64,000 bases of DNA, taken from IMG/VR virus record IMGVR_UViG_3300046642_001000, positions 39,935-103,934 of that record; one strand, given 5' to 3'. A program made the position numbers and the translations under genes. How positions within the stretch are numbered: position 1 is the first letter of the stretch; every line of letters starts with the position of its first letter. The DNA is from a virus (Duplodnaviria > Heunggongvirae > Uroviricota > Caudoviricetes). The notes beneath the pieces were generated by a model. It was not told where the DNA came from. It saw only the letters and a program-made list of their open reading frames with translations, and ran no database searches. This document shows, one piece after another, positions 9,238 to 18,172 of this stretch.

Positions 9238-11763
9238 ATGTCTCGCATCTTCGGATTCTTTGATCTAAGCGGAGCACTCTACACGCCCCCGCCCGTCCAC
9301 GGCGCCCAGTCTACGACCTACAAGACGGGAAAGCTCGGCGTGATCACGGGCAGCCTGAACATCCGCCGTGGCCGCCAGATCTCCCTCTACAATCGGGACC
9401 TGGTCGGAGCCGCCTTCAAGTTCGAGACCGGAGAAGGTCCCAACAAGACGCTTTCGGGCACCTGGGGCAGGATCCCCGACCCGACCGTCTACGAGCACGA
9501 GATCGCCACTCCCCCGAGCTGGACCCAGTACCACATCGGGAAGAAGCACGCGTTCCATATCGCCGCCCTCAGCTCTTCCCACTCAGAGGTCAGCCGGCTC
9601 AACAACTTCCTGTCGGGAAACCTCCCGTTGGAGACCGGACCTGTGCCGGCCTCCGCTTCGGCCTACTACTCGAAGCAGCAGCAGCTGGTCTACAAGGTCT
9701 ACAAGCTCTCGGCATCGATCGACCTTCCGGTCGACCCGGTCGTCCTCGAGCGCTACCCGAGCCAACAGGAGATCGGAGCACCCCGCGGCGTCTTCGATCC
9801 CGTCTCAGGAAGCTACCGAAACAACAGCTACTGGAACCCGGCGATCTTCACGATCGACATCCCGGACCGTGGCAAGATCCGAGACATCCGCGTCTGGGTG
9901 GAATTCGTCCATGACGTCCGCGGTGCGAACGGCACCGGCAGCCTCACCGGCTCTGCCTTCGGCGGCGTGGCCGTGACGTCCTCCGCCTACTACAGGGGTG
10001 GCCTCGGCGGCATCCAGGTTGCGCTCCGATCCCCCAACGTGACCTTCCCCTATGCCCACCCCCTCTGGAACTCTCCCAACGTGGCGAACTTCCAGAAGCG
10101 TCCGCCGGAGCTCCAGTCCGGGATCGACGGCAACCACCCACAGTGGTACACCACCGGCACGATCGGAGTCAACGTCTTCGGAGACAAGTACCAGCGGGTG
10201 CCCGAGCTCCTGAAGAACTCGTACCTCCTATGGGCGGGACACTCTGTCGAAGACGACCTGGCGATGTCCCTGTCGAACCAGGCGGGAGGTCCTGCCGGAT
10301 CGCTTCCTCTGTCCCCGCCGCAGTCGACAGATCTCGTCCCCTACGGAGACGTCAACTCAGGAACCCTCTACCTGCTGAATCTTCCCGGCGGTGGCTATCC
10401 GAACGGGTTCAATCCCATGTACGCAGAGTGGGACAGCGACATCGACATGCGTACGGTCTTCTGGGACGGTTCGCCGATCCCGAACCCGCGCGACCTAAGC
10501 CCGCTGTTCCCGAACCCCGGACCGTTCAACGCCAACACGGGCGGGAACCTCTATGGTTACACCCTGAGTGCCTCGGCCTTCCCGTACTCGGGATCGACTG
10601 CCGCGAGATCGCTGTGGTACAACTCCCCGAACTCACAGGCTCTGGCCCAGGCGACCGCCGCCCTCGGACCCATCGGTCTGGGTTCGACCTATAGCGACTA
10701 CAATCCGACCCCCGGAGGTTTCGGTTTCCCGTGGTTCTATGACGGTCGCATCCCGTTGGGATCGCTGTCCTCCGGCCGTGGAACGAATGCCTGGCTCGCC
10801 GGACCTCCGCCGCTGGGATGGCTGACCTCCGGAAACCTGCAGCCCGGTCCGGGAGAGTTCCCGACGACCACTGGTTCGAACCTCGGCCCGGCCAACATCC
10901 GGCCCGTGTACAACGTCCTGGACGACCTGTATGTTCAGAAGATGTACGACGAGCCCTACGGCGGAATCAAGGCGGCCACGGTCGGTGGCTTCACCCAGTT
11001 CCCCCAGCCGATCTTCCCGACGCTGCCGCCCCAGCACGCCAAGATCGTCGGATTCCGTCCCGGTCTGCGCGGTACGGAGATCAACGGCAAGTGGCAGCTG
11101 ATGATCGGCATGTCGGCAGACTTCGACCCGGGCCTGGGCATGATCGCCAACCAGCGGGCCGGCATCTGGTTCCGGCAGTTCCGCCTGGAGTTCATCATCG
11201 ACCAGGGACAGCCGCCGGTCAGCTTCATCCACAGCCGGACCCGGAAGTACAAGAAGCCGTCCTATGTCCCCCAGCGGGACGGGAACAGGCGCGTCCAGAT
11301 CATGTCTGGTTCCGCCCAGTGGGACATCGGCATCAACTACATCTTCGTCCAGCAGGATCCGGAGTACGGACGGTCGATCGGGATCACGGACAACACCGGT
11401 TCGGACCCGAACTTCGCGGTCTTCACCCGGTTGACGGGCGCCCTGGCCGACATGCTCTTCGCCTCGGCTTCTCTCGGCCCGGGTTCTGGAACGGCCCACG
11501 CGATCTACAGCTACCTGAACAATGACACCGGGACGCCTTTCATCCCGATCTCGTCTGGATCGGGTATCGCGCCGGCCTTCCAGTTCTTCAATACCCAGGA
11601 TTTGCCAACGAAGTCAATCATTTCCTCGATCATCAACCCCCGTCCGGCCATCCCGCAGGCCCACACCCTGAAGGACACCGTGACCCGACTGGGAGGAGCG
11701 GCGAAGATGAGCTCGGCTCTCTCCTTCAAGTTGCTCAACATCAGAAAGTCTACGCTCGAATAA
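9238..11763 (+). CDS. Putative virion protein with a split P-domain-like (proprotein convertase P) beta module
   Basis: 841-aa ORF; 'IDIPDRGKIRDIRVWVEFVHD', 'IQVALRSP' and distal 'LRGTEINGKWQLMI' resemble P-domain halves. Confidence 0.55.
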   Translation: MSRIFGFFDLSGALYTPPPVHGAQSTTYKTGKLGVITGSLNIRRGRQISLYNRDLVGAAFKFETGEGPNKTLSGTWGRIPDPTVYEHEIATPPSWTQYHIGKKHAFHIAALSSSHSEVSRLNNFLSGNLPLETGPVPASASAYYSKQQQLVYKVYKLSASIDLPVDPVVLERYPSQQEIGAPRGVFDPVSGSYRNNSYWNPAIFTIDIPDRGKIRDIRVWVEFVHDVRGANGTGSLTGSAFGGVAVTSSAYYRGGLGGIQVALRSPNVTFPYAHPLWNSPNVANFQKRPPELQSGIDGNHPQWYTTGTIGVNVFGDKYQRVPELLKNSYLLWAGHSVEDDLAMSLSNQAGGPAGSLPLSPPQSTDLVPYGDVNSGTLYLLNLPGGGYPNGFNPMYAEWDSDIDMRTVFWDGSPIPNPRDLSPLFPNPGPFNANTGGNLYGYTLSASAFPYSGSTAARSLWYNSPNSQALAQATAALGPIGLGSTYSDYNPTPGGFGFPWFYDGRIPLGSLSSGRGTNAWLAGPPPLGWLTSGNLQPGPGEFPTTTGSNLGPANIRPVYNVLDDLYVQKMYDEPYGGIKAATVGGFTQFPQPIFPTLPPQHAKIVGFRPGLRGTEINGKWQLMIGMSADFDPGLGMIANQRAGIWFRQFRLEFIIDQGQPPVSFIHSRTRKYKKPSYVPQRDGNRRVQIMSGSAQWDIGINYIFVQQDPEYGRSIGITDNTGSDPNFAVFTRLTGALADMLFASASLGPGSGTAHAIYSYLNNDTGTPFIPISSGSGIAPAFQFFNTQDLPTKSIISSIINPRPAIPQAHTLKDTVTRLGGAAKMSSALSFKLLNIRKSTLE

Positions 11764-11777
11764 ACCGAGGGTAGGCC

Positions 11778-11785
11778 TATTTAGA
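11778..11785 (+). promoter_or_regulatory. Candidate late-promoter motif TATTTAGA
   Basis: AGGCCTATTTAGA is identical to the 9222-9234 copy. Confidence 0.6.
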
Positions 11786-11793
11786 AGGATAAG

Positions 11794-12480
11794 ATGGCCG
11801 GATTCCTCGACAAGAACACTCGGGTCGTAGACATGGTCCTGACAATGGAAGGGAAGAAGCTTCTCTCCCAGGGTCAGCTCCAGTTCGTCTATTTTGCCCT
11901 GTTCGACGACGAAGTGGACTACGATCCCTACGTCAGTCAGAGCGGATCGTTGTCGGCCCAGGCCCTTTCGGGGACGAAGAACGACCTGATCGAGATCCAG
12001 CCCGTCCGAGAGGCGGTCTCTGGATACCGGACCGGGTTCAACATGAGCGGGTCGGATTTCACGAACGTCCACCGTCCGTTGTTCACGATGAGGCAGGGTG
12101 CCCAGTACCTTCCCAGGCTGACGGCCTCGGACGCCCCGCATGGCCCGTCGAACCTGGAGATCAAGCAGCAGAAGCACCAGATCCTCTATACGAAGACGGA
12201 CCAGTACGGCAACATCGTGCAGCAGCAGGGACCGATCGACCACGGGTACGACCGGTACGATTCGCAGGACACCCGCTTCCTCATGGAGCTCCTTCCCCTC
12301 GAGGTGGCCCCGGACAAGCAACACCAGGAAGGCGTCCTCGTCCGGGTCTTCAGGACGGGAAGCGAGGGCATCGTGGAAGTGAAGGATCGTCGGGACACGA
12401 ACAACGACATGGCCTTCAACAATGATCTGATTTTCTATGTCGGCACCAGGCCGAAGGTAAAGGCGCGTGGCGGTAAGTAA
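11794..12480 (+). CDS. Large-phage virion protein (paralogous N-terminus with 20690)
   Basis: N-terminal 'GFLDKNTRVVDMVLTMEGKKLL..FALFDDEVDY' matches 'GFQDNSGEIFIDAVLTDLGREKL..GDDEIDY' of 20690. Confidence 0.7.
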   Translation: MAGFLDKNTRVVDMVLTMEGKKLLSQGQLQFVYFALFDDEVDYDPYVSQSGSLSAQALSGTKNDLIEIQPVREAVSGYRTGFNMSGSDFTNVHRPLFTMRQGAQYLPRLTASDAPHGPSNLEIKQQKHQILYTKTDQYGNIVQQQGPIDHGYDRYDSQDTRFLMELLPLEVAPDKQHQEGVLVRVFRTGSEGIVEVKDRRDTNNDMAFNNDLIFYVGTRPKVKARGGK

Positions 12481-15400
12481 GTCTACAGGCTTCAGGACCG
12501 GGATCAACGTCCACGGGAAGACCCGTGAATCGATGACGAACGGCTCGTCCGCGCGCAAGTTCACGAGCAAGGACCAGTTCGAGAACAATGACTCCCAGGA
12601 CGGGAACATTACCTCGAACGCCGAACATATCGTCGATCACGCCTCCGGTCTGAAGACGACCGCCATGGTCGTGGCCCAGGCGGGAGCGCTCGGTTTGGCC
12701 CAGCTGCAGGCCATGCGCGCCCAGCTGCAGGGGATCTCCCCCAACGGTCAGCCGAACGGTGCTCGTATCCCGGCCTTCGACGATCATGACCTGAAGGTCC
12801 AGCAGGGAGCCTTCGCCAAGGACATCGGGTCTGCCCTGGGCACCCACCCGGTAAACTCCATCCAGAAGCGCCTGTTGGCCCACACCGCCGACCTGGTGCA
12901 GCACTCGGTCAACAACTTCCTCCCGGTCTCTCTGAAGGGGCACGGGAAGTCCGTCAACACGTCCGTCGCGGACATCGACCACATCACGGTGGAGATGAAC
13001 GTGTACAAGGGCGTCCTGGATCTGTTCTTCGCGACGGTCCAGTTCACGGTTCCTCAGGGCACGGTGGCCGACGGTTCCCTCAAGGCGATCCGCATCTTCC
13101 GCGCGACCGTGGACAACCCGGACTTCTTCCAGCGGACTCCGGCCCGTCTCTCGGTGAACGCCATCGAGAGGCTCTGCGCCCACCCGCTCCGTAGTCGGGC
13201 CAAGAACCAGGACTACATCGGGCAGTACGAGCGGCAGCTGTCGGACATGTCCATCGACAACGCCCTCTCGGCCCTCAACCCGACCGACCCGCTCCGGAAC
13301 CTCCGGGTGCAGTCGCAGGACGAACGGCTCACCGCCACCGATCACCACTCGGCGCAAGACCGTCCGAACTCCGAAGTGGGCGACGCGGACCTGGCACCGT
13401 TCATCGACCCGTCCAGCTTCAAGAGCCTGGACAAGTCCGTGAGCGTCAACCTGAACTCGCTCCGGAACCTGCAGCTGCAGAACCCGCACCTGGCGGCCAC
13501 CCTGGCCCCGAAGGGCGTGCAGGTCGGTTCCGCCGCCATCATCGCCAACGCCTCCAAGCTCGGTAAGCAGGCGCTCCGGAACAACCGGACCAACTTCGCC
13601 CAGCAGAGCACCAGCAACTTCATCATCGACCAGGCGAACAAGCTGGAGTTCAAGGAGATCGCCTTCATGTCTCCTGACAAGCTGTCGGGACGGCTGATCG
13701 GTGACACGGTCGAGTACACCTTCGAAGACTACACCATCCACTACGCCAAGTCCTACCGCTACTACATCGTGACGGTGGACAACAACATGGCGGAGAGCAC
13801 CCGCTCCAAGATCGTGCAGATCAATGTGGACGGTCTTCGCATCCCGCAGGCCCCCACGAAGGCCGGCGGCTTCATCCTCGGCAACGCCATCTCCATCAAC
13901 GTGTCGGTGGACGACCTCCTGGTGGAGAAGTTCGAGATCTACCGCAAGGAGCTGACCGGCATCCCGAACACGGGCAACCGGAAGATCACCGTCCTGAACG
14001 GTACCAAGGGTTACCACCTCAGCGAGGATACCCGCCCGCCCCTGCCGAACGGCTTCACCCAGGTGGGCGAGGCCCTGAACAGGACGAATGTCGGAGGGGT
14101 GTTCTACGACCGCGACACCAAGCCCGGACACAAGTACGTCTACCGGGTCTTCTCGGTCGACATCTTCGGAAACAAGAGCGAGGCGCCCAAGGAGTTCCAG
14201 ATCTTCTGGCCAGAGAACGAGAAGCACGTGGACCTCGCGACCCCGCACCTCCTGGCAGAGCTGGACGCCTTCACCGGCCAGATCAAGCTCACATTCCAGT
14301 GTGAGGATACCCGGGTGACACGGCTCTTCCTGGCCCGTCGTGACACCAGCCTGGGACAGTCGGCCTTCGTCCCGCCCGGACAGATCGAGCACATCAAGCT
14401 CGGTCTGACAGACCACCTTCGTGCCGGTCACCGTTTCGACGACGTCCGCTTCGGATACGACCCGGACCGAAAGAAGCTTTGGAACGGTCTCTTCGAGAAC
14501 CACCAGGAGCAGATCGTCTTCCAGGACGCCGCCGTCGTGACCGAGCACACGTACCAGTACCGGCTCCACGGCATGGACAAGTTCGGCAACGTGACCCCCA
14601 CCGCCATCTCGCCGTCCCTGTTCGTGGCCGTGGCGGCCGCCGTCTACGAGCCGCAGAACCTGCAGGCCACCACCCAGAACTCGGGCAGCCAGGTCACCGG
14701 CATCTCACTCACGTGGCAGGACGGAAACATCGACATCTCGGCCGAAGACCTGGTCGGAAACCAGGAGCAGCTGCTTGAGACCGCGTCGCGGACCCTCTAT
14801 CAGGTCCAGCGCCGGCACGTCGGTGACGACAACTGGTACAACTTCCCGATGGTCTCGAACAAGAACTTCTTCGATGCGGCCGCCCCGCCCATCCAGAGCA
14901 TCGCCTACCAGACTCCGGTGGCGCTGGTGACCCCCACGGGCTTTGCGGAGCAGAACTACCTCAGGCAGATCGGCACCCAGCAGTCAGCCTCGATCGCCAG
15001 CATGCTTGTTCCCGATCCCCAGTCACCCCCGCAGATCGTCCAGAACGAGTCCTATGCCTACCGGGTGCAGGCGTTCCAGTCGGGAAACTTCACCTCGAAC
15101 TTCAGCGACGTCATCGTCATCAACGCCTCGGTGCCGGTGAGCTCGGTCCTGAACTTTCGCGTGAAGCCGACCGACAGCAAGTCCCGTCCGTTTTACGTGG
15201 CCCTGAACTGGGACACTTCCACGGCCTCGGGAGTCGTCGATCGCTGGGAGATCGAGCGGGCCGTCGTGAACAATGTGGCCGCCGCCAAGCTGAACAACCT
15301 GAATGCCTCCGACTTCGCCAACCTCGAGTACAACCCGTTCCGGACGGTCTACTCGGAGTCCAGCCGGTTCCGGGAGCGGACCGACGATGACGCCGCCCAG

Positions 15401-15865
15401 GCTGGCTTCCTCGGAGGAGCCGGGTCCCAGGGTCTGTTGTCTGGCCAGCACCACTACATCGACCAGTCGGTCGACTTCGGGAACACCTACTTCTATCGGA
15501 TCCGTTCGGTCTCGGTCGCTGGTGGCCAGACGTCCGACTGGGTCTACCGGGCCATCAAGGTGACGGACGATTCTTTTGAGAAGAAGATCGACGTCATCCT
15601 GACTCCGCAGGAGAAGGTCACCCTGTCCGCCACTCCCGATCCTATGATCTCCAAGGTCAACGTCCTCGTCCCGAACATCGCGATCCGTCCGACGTCCTTG
15701 ACCGTCCGTTCGATCCCGCCTCCGGCGGCCATCGCGCTTCGTGCGCCCGTGCGTTCCATTCCTGCCCCGCCTCCGGCGGCGATCCGAAAGGTCTCGCCTC
15801 CGCCGGCCCCGTCCGCCCTGTCGTCCAAGGTCTTCCTTTCGACGCTCAGCCGGAGGTTCTTCTAA
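12467..15865 (+). CDS. Large virion/baseplate-associated protein with FN3-like repeats
   Basis: 1132 aa; repeated 'Y.Y(R/Y)(V/I/L)' FN3-type strands (YRYYIVTVD, YVYRVFSVD, YQYRLHGMD, YAYRVQA, YFYRIRSVS); Pro-rich C-terminus. Confidence 0.65.
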   Translation: MAVSKSTGFRTGINVHGKTRESMTNGSSARKFTSKDQFENNDSQDGNITSNAEHIVDHASGLKTTAMVVAQAGALGLAQLQAMRAQLQGISPNGQPNGARIPAFDDHDLKVQQGAFAKDIGSALGTHPVNSIQKRLLAHTADLVQHSVNNFLPVSLKGHGKSVNTSVADIDHITVEMNVYKGVLDLFFATVQFTVPQGTVADGSLKAIRIFRATVDNPDFFQRTPARLSVNAIERLCAHPLRSRAKNQDYIGQYERQLSDMSIDNALSALNPTDPLRNLRVQSQDERLTATDHHSAQDRPNSEVGDADLAPFIDPSSFKSLDKSVSVNLNSLRNLQLQNPHLAATLAPKGVQVGSAAIIANASKLGKQALRNNRTNFAQQSTSNFIIDQANKLEFKEIAFMSPDKLSGRLIGDTVEYTFEDYTIHYAKSYRYYIVTVDNNMAESTRSKIVQINVDGLRIPQAPTKAGGFILGNAISINVSVDDLLVEKFEIYRKELTGIPNTGNRKITVLNGTKGYHLSEDTRPPLPNGFTQVGEALNRTNVGGVFYDRDTKPGHKYVYRVFSVDIFGNKSEAPKEFQIFWPENEKHVDLATPHLLAELDAFTGQIKLTFQCEDTRVTRLFLARRDTSLGQSAFVPPGQIEHIKLGLTDHLRAGHRFDDVRFGYDPDRKKLWNGLFENHQEQIVFQDAAVVTEHTYQYRLHGMDKFGNVTPTAISPSLFVAVAAAVYEPQNLQATTQNSGSQVTGISLTWQDGNIDISAEDLVGNQEQLLETASRTLYQVQRRHVGDDNWYNFPMVSNKNFFDAAAPPIQSIAYQTPVALVTPTGFAEQNYLRQIGTQQSASIASMLVPDPQSPPQIVQNESYAYRVQAFQSGNFTSNFSDVIVINASVPVSSVLNFRVKPTDSKSRPFYVALNWDTSTASGVVDRWEIERAVVNNVAAAKLNNLNASDFANLEYNPFRTVYSESSRFRERTDDDAAQAGFLGGAGSQGLLSGQHHYIDQSVDFGNTYFYRIRSVSVAGGQTSDWVYRAIKVTDDSFEKKIDVILTPQEKVTLSATPDPMISKVNVLVPNIAIRPTSLTVRSIPPPAAIALRAPVRSIPAPPPAAIRKVSPPPAPSALSSKVFLSTLSRRFF

Positions 15866-18169
15866 ATGATCAATCTCGGAGGAGGATCTAGAGGAGTCGT
15901 CGTCGGACCGCCCACGGGCGTCCGCCAGCCTGCTGCGCCCCGGCCTACTCCTGCGCCTCCGAACCACTCGGTCCTCGTGCCTCCTCCTCCGGTGTCGCAC
16001 CAGGTCATCATCCAGCCGCCGATCGTCCCTCCCAACCTCACGGCCAACCAGAAGACCATCTGGGACTTCGCCGATGTGATGGGAACCCCTCCGGCATCGA
16101 TAGGGCAGGATTACCTGGACAAGTGCAACAAGGTCGCCGCCCTCCTCGGAGTGCCTTCGGGAGTGGCCCAAAAGACCCTGGCGATGGTGGCCCTTTCTCC
16201 GATTCACACGGTCCAACCGGCCATCTCTGTCCAGCGTGCGCTGCCGACTTCCCCCGGGATGGTGTTCCCGTACGTGAACGTGGCTGCGCCTTCCTACTCC
16301 CTGATCACTCCGACCGACACGAGCGACAGCGTCGCCGTCCGCAACGCGTCCATGCAGGCCCGGAACAACGTCTTTGACTTCATCAACCGGACGTCCGCCT
16401 TCATCGCCCAGGCTTCCAACCAGGGACTGCAGCCGCCGGACAACCCGTTCGTGCTCATCTCGAACATCCAGGCGGCCCGTGAGGCCAACGCCAAGCGGGT
16501 CGGAAACTCCGGCCTGGGCCTGAGCATCACCTCGACCGACGCAGACACTCTGGTCTTCAACATCGGGGCCTATGTGGACCTCCTGACCGCCCAGTCCCAG
16601 GGAAAGCTGGACCTCACGAAGGTCACGAACGTGGCCGCCCAGATCAATTCCTTCACCCTTTCGATGGACGGGTACGGCTCGGGCGGCAACCCAGCCACCG
16701 ACCTGATGAGGTTCCTCCCATCGGCCGACGAGATCCGGGCCCAGAAGGACCTGGAGCTGCTCTCGGCCTTCGACTTCAGGAAGCGTCAGCCCAAGGTCGT
16801 CTTCACGTCGGACTTCCAGCCGGGTGACGAGCTCCAGGGCATGGTCATCGGGTGGAAGAAGATCCCGGACGCCAGTGGCTACATCCTGAAGCGTCGCGGG
16901 GTGTTCGACAACACCGAGCGTTCCATCCAGGTGAGCAACAAGGACCTGCAGATGTCCATGGACCACCTGCGGGACTACCTGAACGCGCACATCCTGACCT
17001 TCTACGACACCATCGACGACACCCAGGTCTGGGCGTACCTGGACAACTCCTGCTCGCCGGACCAGTACTACCTCTACACGGTGCAGGCATACCAGATCCA
17101 GAACGACGCCAAGGACCAGCTCTTCCAGGTTCCGACCAACCCGACGACCCTGGCCAACACGGCCCGGTCCAAGGTGCAGTCGACCCTTGCCCAGCTGGCC
17201 CAGCAGTACTACGGATCGCCCAACACGGACGACATCAACCCGTGGCCGATCATCTCGTTGCAGCTCTTCGGGAACAGCCAGTTCGACTGGATCCTCGCGG
17301 CCGTCAACGGACGGGCCTCGGTCAACCGGAACGACTCCAACCTGGACACCCGTCGGTTCTCGTACCTGGGCGCGCGCCTGTCGCACCTCTTGGACTTCAT
17401 GGACCGCGGTCTCTTCGTGACCCCAAAGAACGTGAACGACGTCGTCAAGGCCGTCACGGACAGCGTGAACAACTTCGGCGTGAGCCAGACCATCGCCGAG
17501 ATCCTCCACGAGACCGGCATCCTCTACTACTTCGAGGGGACGGAGCAGCCGAACCCCGCCGGACTGAACCGCGCCGGCACCCTGAACGTCGGGACCAGCC
17601 CGCTGCTGAGCGGCATCATCGCCGCGGTCGATCCGGAGACGGCGACACTGGACCTCAAGACCCTGGGGACCAACCTTCCGGCCCTGCTCAACAACAAGGG
17701 ACTGGCGACCGATCGTTCTTCCATCACTGGTCTACGACTGGGCCACGCCGGTGGGACGGGAGGGAACGTCCACGCCACCCCGCAGGAGATCAACGTCCCG
17801 GACCCAAACGTCACCAATGACACGGTCACCCAGGGAGACGTCCAGTACCTGAACCAGCTGCCGGCCAGCCAGAACGGCATCATCGACCTCACGACCTACG
17901 ACGGTCTCAGCGACCTGACCAGGACGATCAGGCTGTTCGCTGACGAAGGTCCGAACCGTGGCGGCGGAGACACGACGGCGCAGGGAGTCACCCAGCCGGC
18001 TCCTCCCCCGCAGTTCGTCTACGTTCCGCCGCCTCCTCCGGCCACGGTGTTCGTGCCGCCTTCGCGGGTGGCGGGTATCCCGGTCGCACCCCCACGCCAA
18101 GCTCCGCTTGCCAACCGTGATGACAACACCACCGTCCCGGTCGGCATTCGCAACAAGCTGTTGAGATAA
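15866..18169 (+). CDS. Virion protein with an FN3-like segment and Pro-rich termini
   Basis: 767 aa; 'IGWKKIPDASGYILKRR..YLYTVQA' FN3-like pattern. Confidence 0.6.
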   Translation: MINLGGGSRGVVVGPPTGVRQPAAPRPTPAPPNHSVLVPPPPVSHQVIIQPPIVPPNLTANQKTIWDFADVMGTPPASIGQDYLDKCNKVAALLGVPSGVAQKTLAMVALSPIHTVQPAISVQRALPTSPGMVFPYVNVAAPSYSLITPTDTSDSVAVRNASMQARNNVFDFINRTSAFIAQASNQGLQPPDNPFVLISNIQAAREANAKRVGNSGLGLSITSTDADTLVFNIGAYVDLLTAQSQGKLDLTKVTNVAAQINSFTLSMDGYGSGGNPATDLMRFLPSADEIRAQKDLELLSAFDFRKRQPKVVFTSDFQPGDELQGMVIGWKKIPDASGYILKRRGVFDNTERSIQVSNKDLQMSMDHLRDYLNAHILTFYDTIDDTQVWAYLDNSCSPDQYYLYTVQAYQIQNDAKDQLFQVPTNPTTLANTARSKVQSTLAQLAQQYYGSPNTDDINPWPIISLQLFGNSQFDWILAAVNGRASVNRNDSNLDTRRFSYLGARLSHLLDFMDRGLFVTPKNVNDVVKAVTDSVNNFGVSQTIAEILHETGILYYFEGTEQPNPAGLNRAGTLNVGTSPLLSGIIAAVDPETATLDLKTLGTNLPALLNNKGLATDRSSITGLRLGHAGGTGGNVHATPQEINVPDPNVTNDTVTQGDVQYLNQLPASQNGIIDLTTYDGLSDLTRTIRLFADEGPNRGGGDTTAQGVTQPAPPPQFVYVPPPPPATVFVPPSRVAGIPVAPPRQAPLANRDDNTTVPVGIRNKLLR

Positions 18170-18172
18170 GAC

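Noticed and set aside
12416-17509. Long minus-strand ORFs (e.g. 12416-14569, 15023-17509, and many others genome-wide)
   Set aside because: Antisense shadows of GC3-biased + strand genes; no recognisable motifs or RBS, and they fully overlap well-supported genes
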